DNA of 54,467 nucleotides, filler included, from Sluysia triapertura (Eukaryota): NCBI GenBank assembly GCA_046118255.1. It is 4 parts of 4 records of this genome, joined end to end, with 100 filler letters (N's around TTAATTAATTAA, not from the genome) between each part and the next. Parts side by side here need not be neighbours in the genome. Positions count along the whole stretch, not along the records: positions 12,276 to 23,772 come from JBJNIA010184069.1; positions 23,873 to 34,698 come from JBJNIA010192973.1; 2 more parts are not named here. One strand, 5' to 3'. Shown piece by piece: positions 13,653 to 26,999 of this stretch (position 1 is its first letter; each line of letters starts with the position of its first letter). The notes under the pieces were generated by a model. It saw only the letters and a program-made list of their open reading frames with translations, ran no database searches and was not told where the DNA came from. The position numbers and the translations under genes were made by a program.

Positions 13653-14267
13653 ATGGATTTTAATTTAATATATTATAATTTAGAAAGTAAAAATAGTTGT
13701 CAATCAGACCTTTTAGGTATAGAAACTTTTGCAGTTTATGATGTCAAGTGTTATATTGAAAGTACAAATAGTGGCAAAGTTCATGTTGAATTATATGATC
13801 CAATTGTGTTAATTTACAGTGAAATAGTTTTATTTAATGACAATAATTTTAAATTTCGAATATACTTACCAGTCAATTGTAATTTAACACTTGGTAAATT
13901 CACCTTTCCAGACAAAGAAGAGATTTTTATTTATTTATTAGATCACGGTTAAAATTTAATTTGTTAGTTTAATTAAAAAGGCTTTAATATTTTATCAATA
14001 AGTATAACAATAATAATAATAATGCTTAGTATTATTATCTGAATCAAATATTTTACAATAATTACTTATTTAAGTATGTATTACAGTAAAACTAATATGT
14101 TTACGAAAATAAAGATTTTATTTATAGTATTGTCACACAAAATTGTGAATTTAACCAATCATATTGTGAAAAAACATAATGTCAATTTTTCCAATGATGG
14201 TGTGGCTTTCTTAAGTCCAAACCTACGACAAAATAAAATTGGACATGGTCCAGTAATTATGTTGTAA
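13653..14267 (+). CDS. Hypothetical protein, two exons (13653-13947, 14128-14267), about 144 aa
   Basis: Donor G|GTTAAA at 13948 and acceptor TTTATAG| at 14127 are phase-compatible and join two track ORFs. No recognised domain; an upstream exon is possible. Confidence 0.45.
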
Positions 14268-15001
14268 AGAGGGTATTCCTGTAACTTTAATTAAGCAAAT
14301 TCTTTCTTACTGTAACCAGAGAGTCTTTTAATAACTTAAATCTACGTTTTCAACTAATCTAATTAACAATTTTGACAATTGTGTATATGTATATTATAAT
14401 ATATAAAGCACTTTCTCATGAATTTTAATTTTAAAAGCAATAATTTCATGCTGTTTATGTGTATCTATTTATTGTATCAACCTTCATATCATCTGTTTAT
14501 ATAAGTAGTATCATTTCGAATATAAATAATGGTGACTAATTAGAGGTGATTTAAATGATAAAAAAATTTATCATGTTAATTTGGATAGAATTAAATGAGT
14601 TGAGTAAATAATTTATTAAGAAATTGCTGTTAATTACAAAGGATTGAGTTAGCATCAACTTGTAGAATCATAATTTTGGTAAGTTTGAATTTGAAGAGAA
14701 TATCCATAGAAATTAACATAATGTGTATTTATAAAATATCGATATAAGATAACCAAGTATTATTTAATTTTGCAAATCTAAATACGTCTTTCCAAACAAA
14801 AAATATAAATCGCACGCTTTAGGTGAACCCTTTATTTTGTAAGTAGTTTGTTCATAATAACACTCTCAATACTTACTAACTTATTGTACTCAACACATCA
14901 TTAAAAACTTAGTAGTAAAATTACAAAAATGCAAAGTAAAATAAAAATCACATTTTTAGACTTGGGATAAAAATTAATTACTCTACGAAATAATTTTGAA
15001 A

Positions 15002-15722
15002 TTATTTAAAAGATCCATGAATTATTTTTATAGTCAAATTTATGCACATAAATCGACCAAAAGTCAACCAAATGATGCAACACACAAACCAACAAAGCAT
15101 TAATGATGTCTTATTAATTCTAAAAATAAAATTTATAAACAATTATAAATAGTGATTTTGGTTTAACAATTAAATTTTTAAAATTAGAAAATTTATTAAA
15201 CTAAGTTTTGATATATACTTCGTTTAATTTTTAAGAATTTACTTTAAAGTAGTCAAATTAAATTTTAATATACATTTAATGTACATTTTATTTTCCTCAC
15301 GTATGATTATTGCCCTTATATCTCCCAGAACTCGTGGCAGATTGTTCATAATCATTATCATAATTAGAAATGGTTACTGGTGGCTTAGATAGCACAGAAT
15401 TCGATGCATCGTCATTTACATTGAATTGATAAACAAAGGCATCATTTTTTGAATTACAGATGTTACTTAATAATTCCCGATTACATTTTGCATTTGAATC
15501 AGGCATACTATAACTGTGATGCGTATCTTTATTTGTTTTCCAGAAAGCTTCAGTATCTATATTAATAGAATACAGGTAAAAATTATTCATTGCAGTATTG
15601 AAGTTATTTTCTTCGCCATCACTATCATCATTGAATTTTCCAGGTGTTCTACGAATACTGTATAACACAGAATTTGGATTTTCATTATCATTTTGAAAAT
15701 CATCTAAGCGATTATGATTCAT
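15002..15722 (-). CDS. Hypothetical Asn/Asp/Ser-rich protein with C-terminal hydrophobic segment, two exons (15722-15301, 15119-15002)
   Basis: Donor AC|GTGAGG and acceptor TTTTTAG| are phase-2 compatible; exon 2 gives INKTSLMLCWFVCCIIWLTFGRFMCINL..SFK*. Confidence 0.5.
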
Positions 15723-17209
15723 AAATTATGAGAAATTGAAAAAAGTGTAAAATTTTAAAATAATTGTGTGAGTTATTTGTGATTACTTCTTATTGTTTGC
15801 TCATCCAGACGGATAAACACAATGAAAAGAGCTTCTCTGGTTGGACAACCAATGATAGCTCAGAGAAATTGAATTGTGTTAACTGTCTAACCACTATCAA
15901 TGATGACAAGACATTATACATTGTAGTTACTAGTATGGTCATTGATAGTGGTAGTTACTGATTTATAAAATCAATTACGTCAAAAATAATAATAATAATA
16001 ATACAACTAGATACTTAGATAACAATAAAAACAAATTCTTGTAATTTGTATATACATAATCTTTTCTTTTATCTATATTGTCTTATCTTTTTTAAGATAA
16101 TTTAAAATTTATAAAGAATACTTTAATTAATATTTACAGAGATATATAACTGTGACGAAGATTGAAGAAAGTCATACATAAATGAAGATGTTAAGGAAGC
16201 AGTAGTTTGCTTGCAATATCCAAATGATTTCAAAATATTGATTCATGTCTTCAATGGTATTAGAAGTCGAGTCTTAATAATTGTGAACTGTTTTGAATTA
16301 AATTTTAAAACATAAATTTGATAATTTAAGATATAATTGTGATTCTAATGTTATTAGATAATGACTGAAATATTTTAAATGAAGTTTTAAATGTGATTTG
16401 ATAGTTTTACTGAAGATACAGTCTAGAAACTTATGAACTTAAGTGTTTTGAGATATACTAATTGATTTTAACGGATCTGAAAAAAATAAGATATGAGGTT
16501 TGGATGAAATTAGTTAAAGTGTTGTGGAATGTGATTTTATGTAAAGTATGTTGGACTAAACTTAACATATTTCGATAAATTTTTTAAGTACTGCTTTGAT
16601 GATTTGAGGTGTTGAATATGATTTTGATAATATGAAATTTCGTGTATAGATTGTTTAAAAATAGAAAAGGAATTGTAAAATGTTGTGATGGGTGATTTTG
16701 TTGTGTAGTGATGAAATAAAATTTATAAGATGATAGGTTAGTCACCACAGGTTTTGTTTTTTCAGTTTTCTTCAAATCTAAGAGTGATTTTAAGATATTT
16801 TTGTCTTGATTTTAGCAAATTTTACGCTGCTTTTAAAGCTATTGAGTTTACTAAAGATATAGTTTTATTTTAAGATTATTTTTCTTAATTTACTACAAAA
16901 ATTAAATCAACAATTCATTAATTAATATCGTTGAACAATATTCAGAAATATTAAAAAATTAATTCTAGTAACACAAAAAGAAAATAAGTTTAAACTGACG
17001 ACGATTAACTTGTTAATAATAGAAGAGTTATTCCTTTTTAAAGTATATTTTAATGTTTTTTTATTTCTAATTAATTTTTAGGGCTTCTATTTCATAAAAA
17101 CATAATGTTTCTATTTTAAAATTTAATGCTATTTATTATCTTTTTTATTAAATATATTAATGAATTTTCCTAACTTAATATTAAATCTTACAATTTTGGT
17201 ATTAGGCAC

Positions 17210-17210
<1 letters not shown>

Positions 17211-17275
<65 letters not shown>
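17211..17275. repeat. (AAT)n microsatellite, probable LINE tail
   Basis: Pure TAA/AAT run directly after the stop of the adjacent LINE-like 3' end. Confidence 0.9.
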
Positions 17276-17277
<2 letters not shown>

Positions 17278-17280
17278 CAT

Positions 17281-17555
17281 ATTAATTTATATTGCGCTTA
17301 TATCTACTGCAAAGAAAGTACTCAAAAGCGTTTAAATTAATTAATTCACTATAATATTTCTGAAACAGAAAGAACTTTGTCTTTTTCTTAAATATTTCAT
17401 AATCTTCCAGTAATTTGACATTATCTGGTAACTTTGAAATATAAAGGGTATACAACCTATCACTGTGGATTCTGTATATATTCATCTTGGTTTTCAATTT
17501 TCGTATTATTTCTAAAAGATATCCGGGACTTCCGCATAATGTAAGCATTTGCAAA
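17281..17555 (-). mobile_element. LINE (CR1/L2/Jockey-like) ORF2 3' end; second copy at 39837-40097
   Basis: KLPDNVKLLEDYEIFKKKTKFFL resembles the (W)N.LP.........FK..LK ORF2 terminus; near-identical DNA at 39837-40097; microsatellite tail. Confidence 0.6.
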
Positions 17556-17868
17556 TTATTGTCATGATTTTGAATTCTATTCTTGCTTTATTGGCAACCA
17601 ATGTAATTCTTCAAGGTAAGGTGTAACATGAGATGTTCTTCCTAAATTTTTCGTTATTTTCTTTGTAACTCTGATTTTAATTCGATTGAGTTATGTCTTA
17701 GGACTCTTAAAATGATAACGTCACATTGTTTTCTGTATATTTTCTCGAGTATATTGGCTCCTTAATTATGAAACTACGCATAATTCGAACATTATTCCTA
17801 TTGGCGGTGATAAAGTAGTACCAATTATTGTTTTATTCTATTTACTTTCTAAATTTATGTTTTTTCAG

Positions 17869-19010
17869 ATAGTTCAAATTTCAAATTGTATTCTCAAGGT
17901 CAAGAGTTAATTAATTTTCCCGAAATGTACGATAAAATGTCTGAACAAATTCGTTATTTTGCTGAAAAATGTGATTATTTACAAGGTTTTCAAATATTGA
18001 TGGATTGTAATGATGGTTTTAGTGGTATCAGTATGGGCTTTATCGATTATTTATTGGATGAATACGCATCGAAATCGATTTTATCGTTTCCAACATTTTC
18101 TACTCTAGCCTGTTGTGTTGATTTAAGTGATTATAATCGTAAGTTTAATATTGCATTTTTATTGGCTTATTTAAATAACCAATCAAATTTGTTTTGTCCA
18201 ATTTCTCTTACAAATTATTGGCTAAATCATTATTCAAATCGACGATTAATTGTGGATTTGAATTCGAAATATTCAACTAGTGCTATTTTAAGTTTAGGAT
18301 TAAAGTCATTACTGTTACCATCAATAGTTCGTCGTCACTCTTACTCGTTACGGGACTACAATTCTATTGTTGCCAGTGCGAATAATTATATGTGTAGTTT
18401 GGCACTTTCGGTACCGTTTCCTATCAAATTTTCATTGCTCGATTCATTGACTGCCGAAAAGTCGTCCGAAAGATTCGTATCTATGAATCCTTTTCATAAT
18501 GATATCGATAGAAACTGTAACAATGTATTGGGTTGTTTGTATGGTATTGATTCTAATTTAGTGGATTCTCAGTCTCAACAATACAAAACTTCTTTGTATA
18601 AGTACTGCGAAAGTATTGATCAGATTTTGGAAGTTTATGTACGTAACGATTTCGCACTTGGCTCAAACAGTGGTGTGAAATGTTTTCATTTTACTCAAGG
18701 CATGCCACTGAAACATCCATTTCCGAAATTGTTCAGCAGTCAGCATATTGGTATTATTAATGGACATTTGAAAGAAATTGTTCCACACAATGATAATGAC
18801 GATGTTATTACTTCTTTTGGTGTCTTACCTAAATCAATTCCTATTGGCTCTTTACTAGTTTCATCAGACAGCTCAAATGACCAATTAAATTCAATGTATA
18901 ATGATTTGTCGAATGCTTTATATCGAATTGGACATTTGTCGACTGAATTACAAAGTATAGAAAGAGATGAACTGAAAGAACGATTAGAAATGTTTAGAAT
19001 GATGGTATAA
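17869..19010 (+). CDS. MSTO1: Misato homolog (tubulin-like mitochondrial morphology protein), large terminal exon
   Basis: Acceptor TTTTTCAG| at 17868; IRYFAEKCDYLQGFQILMDCNDGFSG..LLDEY and YSTSAILS match Misato/DML1; stop at 19010 and AATAAA near 19107. 5' exons not found. Confidence 0.9.
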
Positions 19011-20066
19011 TATTTTTATTATTATTATTTTGAAGATGTTTTTTGTTAATTTTTGTGTTACGTGTTTATTTTTATTTTGTGTGCGACAGCCACGTGTTGT
19101 GTACTTAATAAAACATTAATATAGTAAAATATTTCTTGATCTGTTCAAATATCGAATTAAAAAGTTTGTTATTTTTCTTACAAATACATTTTATATTGCT
19201 TTTTACATTACAAATTGCGTTGTAATTCTATTATTTGCATAAATTTTCGATCGATTTTATACAAAATTTTCTCCGATTTCACAATTTCAATGAGCTTAGC
19301 ATATTAATATTATTTATTAACATAAGATAGGTATTTTGACATGGTTTGGTGATTCATTCTCAATTCAGAAGACAATAACTGTCATTGTACAGTATGTGAG
19401 AAAATTGATTTTGAATTGATTTTATAATTGCAATTTAAACTGAGCATGATCTTGCGTTAGCTTTCAACATAATTTTTTTGTATCAAGCTTAAAAGAATTT
19501 ATGAATCTTTTTAAAATAACTCTTGAAAAACAATAATAGGACTTTATATTATATTGCCACTATTTAATTTAAATTACTTTTCCTCAGTTTATGGACTTGA
19601 TAAAAATAGTACTTCAAAATACTGATATTTCATAGGTGTAGGGAATTTATCACATTTCACCACATAAAAACATTTCACATGTACACAGACTACTAAACTC
19701 TTTTAAAAAACAAACATGATCATCGCACCTAATTATAGCTATTATTATTATTATGAACTATAGCTATTATTATTACAATTCAACTCGTATTAAAATATAT
19801 ATAATAATTATAGTCATTATTGTTATATAATATGATTATCAAGTAATAACGTTTATAATAATTTTCATAATAAATTTCTACATCAAAAATTCAGTATTAT
19901 CAAATATAATAACCACGTTATAGTTGTTATTATTATTATTATTTCTTTTATCCTTATTATCAATCTGTCTTTCTATTTTTTTGTTTTTCTTCAATGTTTT
20001 TTCCCCAATACGACACAAATTCGAAGCAGCAAGTAAACGTTCAAAACATTACAAAACACATCGAAA

Positions 20067-20464
20067 TTTTTTAAAGAAACATTATCTCGTTATAGTCGTG
20101 AAATACATATGTGTGAATTGATTGGTGACGAAAAACCGATATGTATGATGTTGGTGGATACGAGGCATTTTAAAGAACTAATTGTACCAAATCCTCAACG
20201 TTGTTTAGATGTTATACAAAAAGGCTTCCCGTTGTTGCCAGAAGAGAAGTAGAAACATTGATTGCTGAGTCACAAGACGCAGAATATAATTTAAACTGGG
20301 AACCAAGCACTACTATAGATTATGTCAATTCATTAAACTTTATAGTTAAAATACAAGCACGTATTGAACCTTTAGAAAAAGAAGCTGACATTGTCAAAGA
20401 ATATTATCATTTAATTGAAAAATTTAGAGTACCATGTCCTCCCGAAGATTTGGCTACTTTTCAA
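20067..20464 (+). CDS. DNAH6: Axonemal dynein heavy chain 6, tail-region exon (5' edge uncertain, apparent 1-nt deletion at 20218-20222)
   Basis: FKETLSRY..MMLVDTRHFKELIVPNPQRCLDVIQ then RLPVVARREVETLIAESQDAEYNLNWEPSTTIDYVNSL..VPCPPEDLATFQ parallels vertebrate DNAH6 as recalled; GT donor at 20465. Confidence 0.85.
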
Positions 20465-20506
20465 GTAAAATATAAATTGAATGTTAATATGAAATATTCT
20501 TTGTAG

Positions 20507-20656
20507 ACACTTGTTCCTTCTATAGAACGTGTTAGAAATGCTATAGATAAAGCTTTAGCTGAACGTGATGGTAATATAGACAAATTTTGTGCTTCTTTAG
20601 ATAAAGATATTTTGGAATTGCGCAAAGAAATCAAAGATATACGTCAAAAGATTACA
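20507..20656 (+). CDS. DNAH6: DNAH6 exon
   Basis: Follows a 42-nt GT-AG intron; TLVPSIERVRNAIDKALAERDGNIDKFCASLDKDI; 150 nt, phase 0. Confidence 0.9.
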
Positions 20657-20700
20657 GTATTATAATTAATTTGTAATTAATGACTGTTTATTTAAATTAG

Positions 20701-20829
20701 AATAAGAAGTTACTTGATATTAATTCGAGTAAACTTGAAGTGAAAGAAGAATTGGAGAAGCACGACAAAGTTATGAAAGAATTACAAAGTCGTGCAGCTA
20801 CTTATAAGGGATATCAAAGAAGTTTTAAA
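20701..20829 (+). CDS. DNAH6: DNAH6 exon
   Basis: Follows a 44-nt intron; NKKLLDINS..ELQSRAATYKGYQRSFK; phase 0. Confidence 0.9.
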
Positions 20830-20929
20830 GTTTGTTAAATTTTTATTTTATAAATGTTGTATTTTCATCATCATCATCATGATTCTGCAATATTATTATG
20901 TTACTAAGCTTCTTCATAATTAATCTCAA

Positions 20930-21480
20930 AAATTTCTAAGAGCCAGATTCTATCTTTTTTCCGTACTAATTCCTCTCAATAACTATAATATACAATGTGG
21001 ACATATATTTCTTAAAGCTTTCATATAAAGATGTTTCAACAGATATGTAACAAATTATGTCCGTCCGTTAACTGCTAAGAATTTATCACGAAAGCACACG
21101 TTTCTCGCAAAATGAGAATTTTCTTTTTCCGATATGAATGTGTTAACTATCCGTAAACACTTCTTAAACCAATAATTCATAATCTTTCTTTGTATCTTTA
21201 ACTATAATGAATCAGAAATACTCTCACTGATGATACAACAAAGAATGCTAAATCTCCAGATCCACGGGTGATTCTTAAAAATTGAAGTTATCCTTTCTTT
21301 TGTTGTTTCTAGTTATGCGTTCATATCATCATCAGGAAAAAATTCATAATACTTTTTATAAAAGCTTTATAACTTTACAATCAATTGGAATTATTATTTT
21401 CCCGAAGCAAAACAGTATATCCATTTATCTGTGGATTTTCAATTTAGATCTCTTAAATTATAAAATATTTTCTTGCTTAT
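20930..21480 (-). mobile_element. Possible highly decayed LINE reverse-transcriptase fragment
   Basis: Only weak motif echoes (PGSGD, CFRDK, LYMKAL) among many stops. Confidence 0.25.
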
Positions 21481-22010
21481 TTATTAAATGTAACTAATGT
21501 ACTACTGTTAATAGTTAATACTACTTTTAATATAAATATTACATTATTTTGACAATTATTGTAGGAATTAACATTGAAAATCACAGGAACACCACTAGAG
21601 GTTTATAAATTGCTATGTTTTTGTTTACTTTTCATTTACTTATTTTAAAAAAAAGTATTACTTTTCATTGTATTGATATATTATTTTCTAATTTAGGATT
21701 TAATATTATCTCATGGTAGAATTAAAATTACAAATTACATTGTAATGTTTGATTATTATTTAAATAAATAAAAATTAATTTTCGTAGGAATATTTAAAAA
21801 AATCATATCCTAATATTGTATTGGTAAATAATTATTAATGTTATGTTAATAATTTTGTTGTATTTAGTTGGTTTTAGTTATAATTAGTAAGTTTTTGTGC
21901 ATGACTTTTTAAAATCACACTTTTTCATCACTAATTATGATATTTAATCACCATTATTTTTACAATTTACTATAATTAGTTTCTTCAATCATTTTTATAA
22001 CTATTTATAG

Positions 22011-22167
22011 CTTTGATTCTCAACCATTCTGCCGCGGCACTTTACTATTGCAGCTTTAGATACGGACAGATTGAAGTGTGCATGAGGAAACTTACATCAA
22101 TTAATGACACAAGTGATTGTACCGCCAAATTTTTTTGTTATTAAAAGAAAAATGTTGAGAATCACTG
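22011..22167. mobile_element. Small hAT-type MITE
   Basis: Imperfect TIRs CTTTGATTCTCAAC / GTTGAGAATCACTG (12/14). No TSD seen. Confidence 0.4.
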
Positions 22168-23398
22168 CATGTTTTGCGTCTTTTGATTACGAAACAACAT
22201 CAACATCAATTTATCGTTGTTATTTTCAGTAATTCTTTTAAGATATTAAGAAAAAATCAAAATGGAACTTGAAAAAAATGTATTTTCAATGATATCCTAC
22301 TAGACATACAGCATTTTTCGAGTTGCCTTTCAATAGTCAAGAAAAGAATGAATAAGAAGTATGTCTCTAAATTATACTAACTTAAAAAAGCTTCTCATTG
22401 TTTCGAGTTTATCAAACACTAGAAATCTTTTTTAAGCATATACTTCAATGATATCTTATATTTTAGCATTAGCAAGTTTTGGGATAAGTTCACCTTTTTG
22501 TAGTTATTTTACTAAATTTTTGATTAAACCAAACTTTGTGTATGTTGATAAGTGTCCATTCATAATAAGAATTTCTTTAAGCACAACATACAGCAATACT
22601 CAGCACCGACTTTGAGGAGCAAAAGTTACGTAGTTGCACTTTGAAATATTAAATGAATAAAATTCCATAAAAAAATCAAACATTCACACAAATAATTGGT
22701 GAGACTACGAAAACGAATCTGTAATGTATATTGTGCTGCGAGTGTTGCTTATAAAACAATACTTTAATACAAAAGTGGCAAGTTGATCAAAATATCTAAC
22801 AAATGTGCCACTGAGAACTCAGTTAAAATTTTAATGTCCCACATTTTGCATTTTATTTATTACTTCCATGTTTTTTTCAATCCTATATAAAATTAGTATT
22901 TTTTCAAATAAATTATATACATACTAACTTAAATGCCATTACACAATAAACACTATGTTTTATTTCAATGATTTAAATATCATCTGAAAATAATATTTAA
23001 CCAAAACTAACCAATAAGAATTTACTTAATATTTACAATTATAGGAATCTATTAAATAAAATCCATGTGTGCATTACAATTTCAGATGTGTATGTCAGCG
23101 TTTATGTATTAGTAGAAAAGTAATTGTATAAAAAGTACGATTTAGTTCTAATTTCAATTTAATAAGTAGAATGTTTCGAAGCTAATTAATATCAAATGAA
23201 CATGACAGTAGATTTTAATTTTATTCTTAAACTCTGATGAATAAAGAGTATTTTTAAAGTATTTTCTAGATGAAGTTAACTACTTTATTAGTTTCTTAAT
23301 ACTGTATTGGATTATTTTGAAATACAGATTTAAATAACAGGAAACATAAAAACGAATTATTTTGTATAACTATAATATTAAACTTTAGTATGTTATAG

Positions 23399-23656
23399 GT
23401 GGAACAAAGTCAAATGGAAGAATTAGAAGAAGTTGCAGCAGAATTACAATTGAAACAACTTCTATGGAACAGTATGGACGAATGGCAAGCTAGATATGGT
23501 GAATGGTTGAGAGAAAGCTTTCAGCATTTAAATCAAGATGATCTTACAACACAAACTATGACATATGCTAAAACGATAGCAAAGTTAGAAAAAGAATTAC
23601 CACCAAATAATGTAGTACCAATATTTAAAGAAAAAATCGATGATATGAAACAAAAA
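23399..23656 (+). CDS. DNAH6: DNAH6 exon
   Basis: TTATAG| acceptor; VEQSQMEELEEVAAELQLKQLLWNSMDEW..LEKELPPNNVVPIFKEKIDDMKQK; donor GTAAAT at 23657. Confidence 0.92.
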
Positions 23657-23707
23657 GTAAATATACGAAATTATATTTTGTAAATTCATTATTAATTTTT
23701 TAATTTA

Positions 23708-23772
<65 letters not shown>
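23708..23772. repeat. (AAT)n microsatellite at contig end
   Basis: Pure triplet run. Confidence 0.95.
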
Positions 23773-23872
23773 NNNNNNNNNNNNNNNNNNNNNNNNNNNN
23801 NNNNNNNNNNNNNNNNTTAATTAATTAANNNNNNNNNNNNNNNNNNNNNNNNNNNNNNNNNNNNNNNNNNNN
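23773..23872. other. Artificial contig spacer
   Basis: N44-TTAATTAATTAA-N44. Confidence 0.95.
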
Positions 23873-25972
23873 TTACGCAACAATTATATTTGTAACGAAC
23901 AGTAAGCGTGTTCAAAAAGTATATATAAAATAAAAACCAAACAATTACGTCAGCATACATAAATTTTTGGCTCCAGAACATGTATTTGTTCATCGGTCTG
24001 GTTACATGTTCTGGATCTCTATAACTAATATACACATTTTTATTAATTACTAAATAAATAAATATAATTGGCTGAAAAATTTAAACCAATCAAATAATAA
24101 TGACATTGATATCTAATTTATATTCTTAGAATGTGTATCTGACATTTACAAAGGTTAAATTTGAAGATATTTTGTAATATTAATTTTACTTTCAATCACC
24201 AATCAATAATTTATTTAATATCCATTGGTTATAATATTAGTATAATTAAATTAATTCTAACTAAAGTTTTCAATGGATGGGATTTGTATGTTTGATATTG
24301 ATATAAAGTCTTTCAATCATCATCGATGAATCTCTAAGAAATTTTCCCACATTATTTATACAAATCAATTCTAAATTCCGTTTCTGTAGTGCTTGTTCTG
24401 TTGCATTCTTGAATTATTGATTGTTATTTTAATCCTTCTTTTGTCATTTTAATCTCTTAGTAGATATATCGTGCAGAATTTATACTTTTATTATCTCTAG
24501 ACAACCATATGTGACCTTGAAATATCATTGGGCAATGATATAATCGAATAGTTGTTTTTGCAGTGTTAAATTTAGGATCATTAGAAATACTGATGACCAA
24601 GATTTATAATACGTAGTTAACTCTTTTTTCTACTGCGTGACATTTTTGAACAAATGTCAAGCATGATTATTTTTTGAACAAATAAATTACTAATTAATAT
24701 AAGTAAATAAAAATCATATTGGATATTATTTAAAAATAAATTAATTAATTTTTTAAATAGTTAAATTGGAGATACTTATATATTATGCATGTTTCTACTT
24801 TTATACTTTACTAATAAAAAAACGTTTTAAAAAATAATAATAATTGCATAAATTTTGTTTTATTATGAAATTTTATTTTTACAAATATTAGTTACTTACG
24901 AAAATAAATAGCTTGTATTTGAACATTATTTGTATTTGTTATTAGTAAAGTTTATTATAAAAATGTAAAAAAATTGGCTTCCAAAATTATTTTGCTTTGT
25001 TTTCTTCCAAAAAAATCAATTAATAATCAATAATTAAAATCAATATTTTGGAAGTCAAATATAAAAGCCTAAGGTGGTTCACAAATCGTAAATTTCTTCC
25101 ACAGGTGTTTTGTAATTCAACATTTGTTTTAACTATCATCATTCATTTAATTATATCTACACAGAAAATAATGGTTTATTTATTGGTCACTTTAAATAAT
25201 GACCTTGAATTATTCAACATTCGAATAATAATCATGTTAAATTTTCTTTAAAAAATCTATATAAAATTTAGTATAATAATTTCAGGTCATAAAAAATTGT
25301 ATTCACTTGAAGTTTTATTTTAATTTACAAAAAATGTTTTTTTAAATGTATTTTATTACTTTATTGGTTAGTTTATTTGATTGGTTGAAATCTGATTTTT
25401 ATAATTATCATTTTTCTATTGTAATACTAGCACTCGGCGAATGCATTCTGAGTCTTACATTACACACATACTCACATTATGTGTAGAGAGATTAATTAAT
25501 TAATGTCAAATAACTCATTTCTGTAAATGTATGTCGTAAATTATTATTGGTTATTTCGATTATTAATTTTGATATTTTTAGTTCGTATTGTATTGAAAAA
25601 TTTGCAATAAGTAATATATTGGAGATGTTTCCATTTCGATCAGATCTTAATACAGTTAATTAGAATTCGATAATTTAAATAATCGTAATTTTATTTATGA
25701 TGTATTCTAAGGAAATCTTTTTGGTGTCGTTTAAAGATTTAGAATGAGTTCAATAATTCTTCACGAAAATAGATATTTTTTCTCCGTGACATGTTCAATT
25801 TTTTATTTACTTATTACCTGGTATTGGATGTAATGATCTTAAACTATTTTTAAAGTTCAGTAAAAAACATTGTTAAAAGAAGTTCATGAATAGGCTGAAT
25901 AATAATTCGAATGTATTGAAATCGATTTTGATAATAATAATATTATTATTAATTATAATTATATATCAAAAG

Positions 25973-26174
25973 GTCCTACTCCTCTTCATGTGGCAGTTAT
26001 GACTGGATCGATTCAAACTGTTACATGTTTAATTAATTGTGGGGCTCATCTAAAAAGTGCTGATAAATCAGGATTTATGCCAATTCATTGTGCTGCTTAT
26101 TATGACCAAGTAATGATTCTAAATATGCTTATTCGTAGAGATCATGAACTAATCAATATCCATACTCGAAATAA
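25973..26174 (+). CDS. ANKAR: Ankyrin and armadillo repeat-containing protein, exon
   Basis: GPTPLHVAVMTGSIQTVTCL..GFMPIHCAAYYDQV ankyrin repeats; AAG acceptor, donor GTTAGT at 26175. Confidence 0.9.
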
Positions 26175-26354
26175 GTTAGTTATTTATTTTATGTTAACCT
26201 AACTAAACTGCGTAGCGGACGAAGTTTGGGAGATATTTGTCCAGATTGTGAAATGCCTCCCCTTGCTCGTAATGTATTAATAATTATTTATCAATAAATA
26301 TTTAACATGTTTATTTATCTTGCCCAAAAACGCACTTTTTCTTAAATTATATGA

Positions 26355-26518
26355 TGCTGCCTTAAGCAAAATTGACTGGCCGGCAATCTAATCCGGGCCC
26401 TCTCGCTGCTCACTTCGATGCTGTACCCACTGAGCTATTAGCCTCGTCTAACAATTTTGTTTTATTATAGTCAATTATACTATCATTATTATATAGCACT
26501 TTAGGCCTGTACCCAACA
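26355..26518 (-). mobile_element. Diverged tRNA-containing TRIM solo LTR in ANKAR intron
   Basis: Colinear with the other LTR copies, ending GCACTTTAGGCCTGTACCCAACA. Confidence 0.8.
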
Positions 26519-26999
26519 AAATAAGCATGTCAAAACACTAAAATTATCACGCATTTTCAAAGCTATAACTCTAATTTGCTTATCATAACATCATGTTCTG
26601 ACTTGTTCAATACATTAATATTCGTACAAAAAATGTTCTTAGCTGTTATGTAGAATGCTATATTTGTTTGTTGATTGGGAGAGTGCATTAATGCACTAGT
26701 AAACACTCTATGTTCACTATGGTCCGTTTTTATTAATGGAAATGTTTTTGTCAGCTATGAATACATTGTTTTATTAAAAACAGTCTACTCTCACAGATAT
26801 CTGATCGTTTTATATTAACATTTAATCCAAATTTTTATTTTATTTACTCATTCTATTTCTATTCTGATGATTAATTCTGATGATTAACAAATCTGACATT
26901 TACAGAGTTTTCATATAGTATAATCATCTTGTCATGTAACTTAATCTTTTTAGAAATTAATTATAATGCTTATATATATTATTCAATAAAATAAGTCAT

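Noticed and set aside
16140-16870. LINE RT fragments (also about 230-480, 4030-4500, 36800-37990, 48480-49480)
   Set aside because: Composition and scattered motifs are suggestive, but boundaries and family cannot be supported by eye.
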